DNA of 49,425 nucleotides from a virus (lineage: Duplodnaviria; Caudoviricetes): positions 1-49,425 of the IMG/VR virus record IMGVR_UViG_3300037470_000539. One strand, given 5' to 3'. A program made the translations under genes and the position numbers. The notes beneath the pieces were generated by a model that made no database searches, was not told where the DNA came from, and saw nothing but the letters and a program-made list of their open reading frames with translations. Positions 42,402-49,425 of the stretch are shown here, one piece after another. Numbering within the stretch: position 1 is the stretch's first letter; each line of letters opens with the position of its first letter.

Positions 42402-42581
42402 ATGAAAACACCGCGCAAGATCCTCGCCACCCTCGCCGTCATCGCCATCTTCGTGCCGCTCTTGGCCGGCTGCGCCGAGCCTGAGCACTCCACCTACTGC
42501 CAGAACTACGGCGGCCAGGGAGAGGCCGCGCTCGACGCCTGCGAGCGCCAGCTCCAGGAGGCCGCCGAGGCGCGCTACTAG
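42402..42581 (+). CDS. small lipoprotein
   Basis: Leaderless ATG; 'MKTPRKILATLAVIAIFVPLLAGC' lipobox. Confidence 0.75.
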   Translation: MKTPRKILATLAVIAIFVPLLAGCAEPEHSTYCQNYGGQGEAALDACERQLQEAAEARY

Positions 42582-42674
42582 TTCCCCGCCGACACGAGCG
42601 GATCGGGTAAGCCGTGAGTGCCCGTCAGCGCCGGGTCGCAATCTCCCGGCAACCGCGGTAAGCGATAACCCATG

Positions 42675-42720
42675 CACGAGGCCGCGCCCTTCGCCAGTCG
42701 GGCGCGGCCTTCGTGTTCTT
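42675..42720 (+). terminator. intrinsic terminator-like hairpin
   Basis: CACGAGGCCGCGCCC...GGGCGCGGCCTTCGTG followed by TTCTT. Confidence 0.65.
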
Positions 42721-42765
42721 GGCACCCCTGCGGCGGGGGTGCCACCCTCTGCGTAGGCTGGGCGC

Positions 42766-45096
42766 ATGGCGAGAAAGCCGAGAGGGCCAACCACCGAAGT
42801 CGGCGCGCCGGCGCCGAACTACACCGCCACCGGCGGGGTGATGCCCTGGTCGGCCTACATGGACGACCGCGAGTACGCGCCCGACGTCACCTGGCCGGTG
42901 TCCAACGAGACCTACCGGCGGATGCAGGCCGACGCGCAGGTCAAGGGTCTGCTGCTCGCGACGACGCTCCCCATCCGGCGCTTCCTCTGGGAGATCGACC
43001 CCAACGGCGCGCGGCCGGAAGTGGTCGAGCACATCGCCGACTCCCTCAACCTCCCGATCCGCGGGCAGGATCGCCCCTCGGTGCGGCGGCGCCAACGCTT
43101 CGACTGGGGCCGCCACCTCGCCCACGTCCTGCGCGCGCTCGCCTACGGCCACTACTACTTCGAGCAGGTCTACGACTGGGCGGACCCGCGCGCCGGCGGC
43201 GACGGGCTCTTGCACCTGAGGAAGCTCGGCACCCGCCCGCCGCGCACCATCTCCAACATCTTGACCGCCCCCGACGGCGGCCTGAAAGCGATCGAGCAGT
43301 CGGTGGGGATCGGCTCCAACGCCGACCGCGTCCTGGGGGCGAACATCGGCAGCGGCGCCAGACTCGACGTGAGTCGCCTGCTCGCCTACATCTGGGACTC
43401 CGAAGACGACGGGGATTGGATCGGGCGCTCGATGCTGCGTGCCTGCTTCCGCAACTGGCTCATCAAGGACCGCCTGATCCGGGTCGACGCGACGAAGCAC
43501 GAGCGCAATGCGATGGGGATCCCCTGGTTCGAGGTCGACCCCAACGCCTCCAACGATCAGATCAAAGAGCTCGCCGCCACCGCGGAGCGGATGCGCGCCG
43601 GCGAGCAGGCCGGTGGCGCGGGGCCGGGCAAGCTCATGGTCAAGGGTGTCGACGGCACCCTGCCCGACACGATCGGCTCCGTCCGCTACCACGACGAGCA
43701 GATGTCGAAGAACTTCCTGCTGATGCTCTTCAACCTCGGCGGCGACGCCGCATCCGGCAGCCGCGCGCTCGGCGACACCTTCGCCGACTGGTACCCCGAG
43801 AGTCAGGGCGCGATCGCCGACTGGGCGCGCGACACGACTCAAGAGCATCAGATCGAAGACGAGGTCGCGCTCAACTGGGGCGATGACGAACAGCCGCCGG
43901 CGCTGGTCTACACCCGCCTCGAGACCTCATCCCTTGCGCTCGCCGACCTGGCGACCGCGGTCAGAGAGGGCCTGATCGCCGTCGACCCCGAGCTCCGCTC
44001 CTACATCGTCCAGCGCTTCGGCCTCCCCAAAGGCGCCGCTGAGGCCCCTCTCCCGGCTCCAGCGCCGCCCGACGCCCCTCCCGCGGCCCAACCCGCCGCC
44101 TCGGCCCCTGAGGGCTCTACGCGCCGCCCTGTGCGCTCTGAGCTTGCCACCCGACTCGCAGAGACGATCAAAGGCCCGGTGCGCTGGGCCGACGCTGCCC
44201 GCGCTGTTGGGGCCGATCCGAAGAACGGCACCGCTCGCCGCGCGCGGGACGAACTGGTGGCCGCTGGCACCCTGGTCAAACGGCATGATGGAGCGGGTGC
44301 CACGGTGTTGGCACCCCCCGCTGGCATCGCCCTCCCCGACCGCGATCTGCGGCGCCAGCCTTACGACTTCGAGGTCACGGCCGCGGTCGACTTCGAGGCG
44401 ATGGAGGCCACCTACCTGAGAGAGCGCGAGTCCCTGGTGGAGGCGGTGAAAGCGGCGCAGGGCGCGCAGATCGAGGCGCTTGCGGCTGCGGTGGAGTCCG
44501 CCGCCGGCGACGCTGCGACCCTCGCCAACCTGAGAGTCGAGCCGGTCAGCGTCGACATCATCCGCCCCCACCTCGCCACCGCCGCCAGAGAGGGGGAGGC
44601 CTCCGCGAAAGCCGAGCACGATGCCCAGATGGGCGTCGCCGCATCCGCCCGCCCCACCGCTGCCGCAGCCGACCAGGGCAGAGTCGACGACACGCTCGAC
44701 GAGCGCGCTGAGGCCGTGGCCCTGACGCTCGCCGCCGGCCTCGCCGTCGCCGCCTCAAAACGCGCCACGGCCGTCTCGACCCTCCCCGCTGCCAGCGCGG
44801 CCGCCGACGTGCGCGACTACCTGCTCGGCCTCTCCGACGCTGAGCTCAACCGCCAGCTCGGCGGCGCCACGATGCAGAGCTACAACACCGGGCGCCGCGA
44901 ATACATGCGCGCCAACGATCCGAGAGAGGTCTACGCCTCCGAGCTCCTCGACGGCAACACCTGCCAGAGCTGCCTCGGAGTCGACGGCACCGAGTACGGG
45001 TCGATCGAGGCCAGCGAATCCGACTACCCGATCGGCGGCTACATCTACTGCGACGGCGGGCTGCTCTGCCGCGGGACGATCGTTGCGGTCTACTGA
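42766..45096 (+). CDS. portal protein (Mu gp29/DUF935-like) fused to a MuF-like minor head domain
   Basis: 'ALAYGHYYFEQVY', 'GRSMLRAC...W..K', 'ER.AMGIP', 'GSRALG'; C-terminal 'YASELLDGNTCQSC..VDG...C.GG..CRG'. Confidence 0.88.
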   Translation: MARKPRGPTTEVGAPAPNYTATGGVMPWSAYMDDREYAPDVTWPVSNETYRRMQADAQVKGLLLATTLPIRRFLWEIDPNGARPEVVEHIADSLNLPIRGQDRPSVRRRQRFDWGRHLAHVLRALAYGHYYFEQVYDWADPRAGGDGLLHLRKLGTRPPRTISNILTAPDGGLKAIEQSVGIGSNADRVLGANIGSGARLDVSRLLAYIWDSEDDGDWIGRSMLRACFRNWLIKDRLIRVDATKHERNAMGIPWFEVDPNASNDQIKELAATAERMRAGEQAGGAGPGKLMVKGVDGTLPDTIGSVRYHDEQMSKNFLLMLFNLGGDAASGSRALGDTFADWYPESQGAIADWARDTTQEHQIEDEVALNWGDDEQPPALVYTRLETSSLALADLATAVREGLIAVDPELRSYIVQRFGLPKGAAEAPLPAPAPPDAPPAAQPAASAPEGSTRRPVRSELATRLAETIKGPVRWADAARAVGADPKNGTARRARDELVAAGTLVKRHDGAGATVLAPPAGIALPDRDLRRQPYDFEVTAAVDFEAMEATYLRERESLVEAVKAAQGAQIEALAAAVESAAGDAATLANLRVEPVSVDIIRPHLATAAREGEASAKAEHDAQMGVAASARPTAAAADQGRVDDTLDERAEAVALTLAAGLAVAASKRATAVSTLPAASAAADVRDYLLGLSDAELNRQLGGATMQSYNTGRREYMRANDPREVYASELLDGNTCQSCLGVDGTEYGSIEASESDYPIGGYIYCDGGLLCRGTIVAVY

Positions 45097-45605
45097 TGAT
45101 CGAAGATTTGGCCCCCCTGCTCGTCGCTCTCCTGGTCGCCGTGGTCGGCCCGTTCCTCCTGACCTGGCTGACCGGCAGGCAGCGCCGGGCCGAGAAGATG
45201 CAGGACTACAAGCGCCAAGACGAAGTTGCCGAGCGTGCGGCGCTGGTCGCGGAGAAGGCAGAGCAGGCGGCGCAGTTGCTCGTCGAGGACAACAAGCGGG
45301 TCGCCTCCCTCGCCGCGGCCGCCGCCCTGAAAACGACCGGGCAGTTGGAGAAGATCCACACCCTGGTCAACTCCAACATGACCGCCGCGATGCAGGCCGA
45401 GCTCGACGCGACGACCCGCGAGGCGGCGATGATGCGGATCGTGATCGGCCTGCGGGCCGAGAAGGGCGACCCTCCCTCGCCGGATGCCACCGCCGCGCTT
45501 GCCCGAACCGATCAACGAATCGGGGAGCTACGGGCGGCCCTCGAGGATCGGCACGAGGCGCAGGCGAAGGTCGACGCCGCCGACTTCGCCGACCGTAAAA
45601 CGTGA
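45096..45605 (+). CDS. membrane-anchored coiled-coil protein
   Basis: N-terminal TM; 'IHTLVNSNMT'. Confidence 0.65.
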   Translation: MIEDLAPLLVALLVAVVGPFLLTWLTGRQRRAEKMQDYKRQDEVAERAALVAEKAEQAAQLLVEDNKRVASLAAAAALKTTGQLEKIHTLVNSNMTAAMQAELDATTREAAMMRIVIGLRAEKGDPPSPDATAALARTDQRIGELRAALEDRHEAQAKVDAADFADRKT

Positions 45606-45609
45606 AACG

Positions 45610-46326
45610 GTGCGCCACTACCTCCTGACGCGCGCCGTCTACGATCCCGCTGTCTGGCCCATCGAGGCCAACCGACGGCGGCTGGAGCTGCTGCGCGGCG
45701 TCACGGCGGCCAGCCTGCGGGCCCAGACCGAGAGGCGCTGGAGGTGGGTCGTGCTCCTGCACCCCGACGACCCGCTGCTCGAGGAGCGCCAGCTCGCCTG
45801 CCAGCTCGCCGACGTCGAGGTCATCTTCCGCTACTTCAAGCCACCGCTCGGCACCTCGGCCGCGCGCTCGGCGGCGCTCGCCTACAAGTCGGCGGAGTGG
45901 CGCGAGGCCATCGCCGATCGACCGCAACCCCTGCTCACGACCCGCATCGACGACGACGACGCCTTCGACCGCCGGGCGCTGAAGTGGATCCGGCGGGCCG
46001 GGCGCGACCTGGCTCCGTCTCGCCGGCGCACCGCTCTCATCCTCCCCCGCGGCTACCGGGTCTTCGAGGGCCGCTTCAGCCTGGTCACTCACGAGCGCAA
46101 CGCGTGGGTGACGCTGCACGTTCCGGCCGGCGACGGCGCGATCGTCTACGACTTCAACCACAAGCGGATCGCCAGATACGCCGAGATCAAGCTCTTGCGC
46201 CCGACCCCTGCCTGGCTGTGGGTTCGCCACGACGACACCCTCTCGCGGCACAAGGTGGCCGCGAAGCCGGTCAGCGATTCGTTGCGGAGCCGCTTCCCCG
46301 ACGTCGACTGGGCGCTGCTCGCATGA
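45610..46326 (+). CDS. glycosyltransferase (putative rhamnosyl-transferase-like, GT-A)
   Basis: 'HYLLTR...SLRAQT...W.VLL...TTRIDDDDA'. Confidence 0.75.
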   Translation: MRHYLLTRAVYDPAVWPIEANRRRLELLRGVTAASLRAQTERRWRWVVLLHPDDPLLEERQLACQLADVEVIFRYFKPPLGTSAARSAALAYKSAEWREAIADRPQPLLTTRIDDDDAFDRRALKWIRRAGRDLAPSRRRTALILPRGYRVFEGRFSLVTHERNAWVTLHVPAGDGAIVYDFNHKRIARYAEIKLLRPTPAWLWVRHDDTLSRHKVAAKPVSDSLRSRFPDVDWALLA

Positions 46327-46904
46327 GAGGCTCGGAGCGGATCGCGAGGTTCTGGCGGCGCTATGACGCTGGGGAGTGGGAGCCCGATACGCGCGAGCTG
46401 GTCGAGGACGTGCTGTATCCGGGCGCGCTCTTCGTCGACATCGGCGCATGGATCGGGCCCGTGACGCTCTGGGCGCTCGGCTGCGGGGCGCAGGTCGTCG
46501 CGATCGAGCCCGACCCCGTGGCGCTGAAGCACCTCCGCACGATCCCCGACATCGAGATTTGGGAGGGCGCCGTCGCAACGCAGAGCGGGCGGGCGAGTCT
46601 CGTCTCGCATCGAGAGTTCGGCGCATCGGTGTCGCGGCTGACGCGGGGCGACGGCTACAAGGTCCGGACGTGGACGCTCGACGAGGTGCTGGGCGGGCGC
46701 AGACCCGCGCTCGTCAAGATCGACGTGGAGGGCTACGAGGTCGAGCTGCTGCCGAGCGTCGCGCCGCTGGTAGCCGAGATGGGCGCGACCTTGCAGGTTG
46801 CCCTGCACGGCAGAGCGGCCGACCCGGAGTGGTTCGCCGACTTCGGCCGGGTCAGCTTCCCGGCGAGCCCTCGAGGGTGCGTGGTCGCCTCGCCTATTAC
46901 TTGA
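46323..46904 (+). CDS. FkbM-family SAM methyltransferase
   Basis: 'FVDIGAWIG...VVAIEPDP...TLD...LVKIDVEGYE'. Confidence 0.88.
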   Translation: MRGSERIARFWRRYDAGEWEPDTRELVEDVLYPGALFVDIGAWIGPVTLWALGCGAQVVAIEPDPVALKHLRTIPDIEIWEGAVATQSGRASLVSHREFGASVSRLTRGDGYKVRTWTLDEVLGGRRPALVKIDVEGYEVELLPSVAPLVAEMGATLQVALHGRAADPEWFADFGRVSFPASPRGCVVASPIT

Positions 46905-46929
46905 CACGCGTCCACTAACTTGCTACCCT
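46898..46929 (+). promoter_or_regulatory. operator-promoter copy 6
   Basis: TACTTGACACGCGTCCACTA; TTGACA 46901, 17-bp spacer, TGnTACCCT. Confidence 0.85.
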
Positions 46930-46964
46930 ACGGGTACAAGGTCATCCACCAGAAAGGGAATCCA

Positions 46965-47459
46965 ATGACCGCCACCAAGACCCGCTTCACCACCACCGAA
47001 ACCGCGAGACTCATCCGCAAGGCGCTGAAGCAGGCCTTCCCCGGCGTCAAGTTCTCGGTCCGCTCAAGCAGCTACGCCGGCGGCTCCTCGATCAGCGTCC
47101 GTTGGATGGACGGCCCCACCGTCGACGATGTGAACGGCACCGTCAACCGCTACCAGGGCGCCGACTTCGACGGGATGACCGACATGAAGACCTACCGCGA
47201 TTCCACTCTCGTCGCCAACGAGGACGGGAGCATCGAGGAGGTCAGCTACAGCGTCGATTTCGTCAGTTGCAGCCGCAGCCATTCGGCCGAGCGCACCGCG
47301 GCAGCCGAGCAGGAGATCCGCGAGTTTCTCGGCCGCGACTTCGATCCGACCGAGCGCCTGCCGGTCAGCACCTACGAGGGCGAGCTCTACAACGACCGCA
47401 ACCGCGGCGAGTGGGCCTCGACCATCGTCCATCAGCTCCTCTACGCGCGGGCTGCCTGA
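46965..47459 (+). CDS. LPD29-like (large polyvalent protein-associated) domain protein
   Basis: 'A.LIRKALKQAFPGVKFSVRS..YAGGSSI.V.W.DGP...FDGM.D'. Confidence 0.75.
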   Translation: MTATKTRFTTTETARLIRKALKQAFPGVKFSVRSSSYAGGSSISVRWMDGPTVDDVNGTVNRYQGADFDGMTDMKTYRDSTLVANEDGSIEEVSYSVDFVSCSRSHSAERTAAAEQEIREFLGRDFDPTERLPVSTYEGELYNDRNRGEWASTIVHQLLYARAA

Positions 47460-47668
47460 TGGCCACCCCGATCGTCGCCGACATCGACACCGCCGAGCCG
47501 CTGCTCCTCTACGTGCTCGGCGGTCGCATCACTCCAGCGCAGGCCCCCGTCCTCCTAGACTCCCTGCTCGGCCAGTCAAGCCGGCAGCAGGGGCTCTCGG
47601 GCCCGACCGCCAACAACCGGCTCCACAAGGGGCGGCGACGTCTCAGAAAGGCCCTATCCCATGCCTGA
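47459..47668 (+). CDS. hypothetical protein
   Basis: TGATG coupling. Confidence 0.5.
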   Translation: MATPIVADIDTAEPLLLYVLGGRITPAQAPVLLDSLLGQSSRQQGLSGPTANNRLHKGRRRLRKALSHA

Positions 47669-47858
47669 CCTCGACGCCCACAAGATCAACCCGCCCGACG
47701 TCTACGTCGGCGCGACCGAGGAATCCATCGACTGCCCCGAGTGCGACGAGTGCATCGATGCGATCGAGGGGTGCTGCCCCTTCTGCGGCGCGGCGATCGA
47801 CTCCGACACGATCCGCGACCGGCTCGAGGATCAGCGCACGCCGCCGGAGTGGGCATGA
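47661..47858 (+). CDS. small acidic CxxC-CxxC protein
   Basis: 'CPECDEC...CCPFCG'. Confidence 0.55.
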   Translation: MPDLDAHKINPPDVYVGATEESIDCPECDECIDAIEGCCPFCGAAIDSDTIRDRLEDQRTPPEWA

Positions 47859-48115
47859 TGCATCCGGCGCTCTCAAGGGCAAAGGACATTCACGGAGAGC
47901 GGCGCTTCTACGAGCCGGGGGAACACCCCGCCACGTTCCGCCACCGGACAATCCTTAAGCAGCTCGAGCAGATCGAGCAAACCATGAGCCCCGACCGAAG
48001 CACAGCCGCTTCGGCCGCGGCCGAATACCACCGGGAAAAGATCGCCGAGTTCGAGGCGGGCGAGCACCGCGCCAAGTCTGAGTATCTGCATCGCCTGGCG
48101 CCGGAGTGGCCATGA
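47855..48115 (+). CDS. hypothetical protein
   Basis: ATGA overlap. Confidence 0.5.
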   Translation: MMHPALSRAKDIHGERRFYEPGEHPATFRHRTILKQLEQIEQTMSPDRSTAASAAAEYHREKIAEFEAGEHRAKSEYLHRLAPEWP

Positions 48116-48300
48116 GGCACTACAAGATCATCACCGCGCGCAAGCACGGCACCACGCGCACCACGCGCACCGACTTCGTCGGCGAGGACATGCTCACCGA
48201 GTACGTCAACCGCGCAGTCGCCGAGCGCGGGTTCTCCGGGCTGCGCGTCCATCCGATCAGCCAGGCCGCCTACGTGCGGGCAACGAGGCCGAATGCCTGA
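48112..48300 (+). CDS. hypothetical protein
   Basis: ATGA overlap. Confidence 0.5.
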   Translation: MRHYKIITARKHGTTRTTRTDFVGEDMLTEYVNRAVAERGFSGLRVHPISQAAYVRATRPNA

Positions 48301-48583
48301 GGCCCCGGTCGAGCGCAACCGCGACTGGCAGGCGAAGGTCAAGGGCCTGCTGCAATCGCTCGAGGCACACGGCGGCGCCGTCACCCTGCGCTCGAGCGGG
48401 GCCACGGTCAGCCGCGACGGCGAGCGCTTCCGCGTCACCTGGCCGCCCTACGGCCGGACCCGCATCTTCGACACGCCGGGGACGACGCTCCTGCACGCCC
48501 GCGGCCCCGCGCCCGCCGGGCCGACGCCCTGCATCGTGCCCAGAGGCGACGGCTCGCGCTTCGGGGATGCCCCGCCCTTCTAG
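48293..48583 (+). CDS. hypothetical protein
   Basis: 8-bp overlap; codon bias. Confidence 0.5.
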   Translation: MPEAPVERNRDWQAKVKGLLQSLEAHGGAVTLRSSGATVSRDGERFRVTWPPYGRTRIFDTPGTTLLHARGPAPAGPTPCIVPRGDGSRFGDAPPF

Positions 48584-48719
48584 AATCGCTGCTGCGCGCG
48601 CACCCTGAACCGGGACGAGGGACGCCTCCCCCGGCTCTTCCCTGAGTAACCCCGCGGATGGCCCGGCTCCGGTCGGGCCTTCTGCGTAGGGGGGCGCGTC
48701 GCTGCCTATCGTTGGAGCC

Positions 48720-49425
48720 GTGCCCGAGTTCGTAACGATCCCCGACGTCGAGCTGTTCTCGGTCGGCATGAGATGGCCGGCCTCCCACGGCGAGATCACC
48801 TTCCGCTTCGACCACCTCCAAGACGCCGTCGCGGCGCAGAACGACCCGCACATCATCCGCCCGCGGCTCACGATCGGCCACCACGACGAGACCTTCAACC
48901 CCGACGGGGAGCATCACAACCCCTTCGTGCCGCTCGGCGACGGCTACCCGGCGCTCGGCTCGGTAGAGAACCTGCGCCTGGTCAACGACGGCGCGACCTG
49001 CGTCGGCGACTTCGTCGAGGTGCCGGAGTGGTTCGCCGAAGTGCTGCCGTCCGCCTACCCGAACCGCTCGATCGAGGGCGCGTGGCTGGACGGCAAGTGG
49101 GAGGTCGAGACGCCCGGCGGCAAGAAATACGGCTTCGTCCTGACGAAGGTCGCGCTGCTCGGCATCTGGGCCCCGGCCGTCGAGGATCTCGAAGACCTGC
49201 GCCGCTTCCTGGTCTCCGGCGAGGGAGTCGTCGCCGGCGCGGCTCCGGAGGGGGGGGAACTGGCTGCGCCTAGCATGGGGGGCGTGGAAGGTTCCGTCGC
49301 AGCTCGCGCCGACGTCGACCAGGTCGTCGAGGTCTTCTGGCGCGACTTCGCCCAAGACGACCGCTACTGGTGGTGGCCGCGCGCGGGGTGGACCGACCCG
49401 AACGAGATCATCGCCGACGACGACG
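48720..49425 (+). CDS. Mu-like prohead protease, N-terminal part (runs off the right edge; absent from the ORF track)
   Basis: Leaderless GTG 48720; 'IPDVELFSVG.W...LTIGH...PALGSVENLRL...GDF..VP.W...AYPNRSIE...LT.VALLG...PAV..L.DL'; no stop before the window end. Confidence 0.85.
   Translation, partial: MPEFVTIPDVELFSVGMRWPASHGEITFRFDHLQDAVAAQNDPHIIRPRLTIGHHDETFNPDGEHHNPFVPLGDGYPALGSVENLRLVNDGATCVGDFVEVPEWFAEVLPSAYPNRSIEGAWLDGKWEVETPGGKKYGFVLTKVALLGIWAPAVEDLEDLRRFLVSGEGVVAGAAPEGGELAAPSMGGVEGSVAARADVDQVVEVFWRDFAQDDRYWWWPRAGWTDPNEIIADDD

Overview
The window reads as an essentially complete, circularly permuted genome of a high-GC, contractile-tailed (myovirus-type) phage. The ORF running off the right end (from 48720) joins in frame to the ORF entering at position 1. 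The host is actinobacterial; Thermoleophilia/Solirubrobacterales is a guess from protein style and leaderless promoters. Modules: head (portal-MuF fusion, Mu-like protease/scaffold, decoration, capsid), neck, sheath/tube, frameshifted tail chaperone, tape measure, P2/Mu-type baseplate, lysis, several early operons (ArsR-like HTH, Rad52-like annealase, PD-(D/E)XK nuclease, JAB, ASCH, DNA methyltransferase, RusA, HNH/EndoVII nucleases), terminase and glycosyl/methyl-transferases. I found no integrase, DNA polymerase or helicase. The most striking element is a compact operon at 36004-37523. It has a promoter/operator, a standalone Cas7/RAMP-like gene, a coupled helical accessory gene, and a ~318-bp non-coding array of GGY-NN pentamers cut into 7 blocks by 4-nt GGYA units. 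This is a candidate CRISPR-independent RNA-guided system with a gapped dinucleotide code. Other notable signals: two phage promoter grammars (six palindromic TTGACACGCG operator-promoters, and about twelve GGGG-N14-TANNNT mostly leaderless late-type promoters), an aberrant tRNA-like RNA, a secreted Rpf with a riboswitch-like leader, a Tad1-like protein, an exact 185-bp direct repeat around a foreign 1.5-kb cassette, and strong AGA codon enrichment in virion genes. All family calls come from motif recognition by eye; no searches were run.
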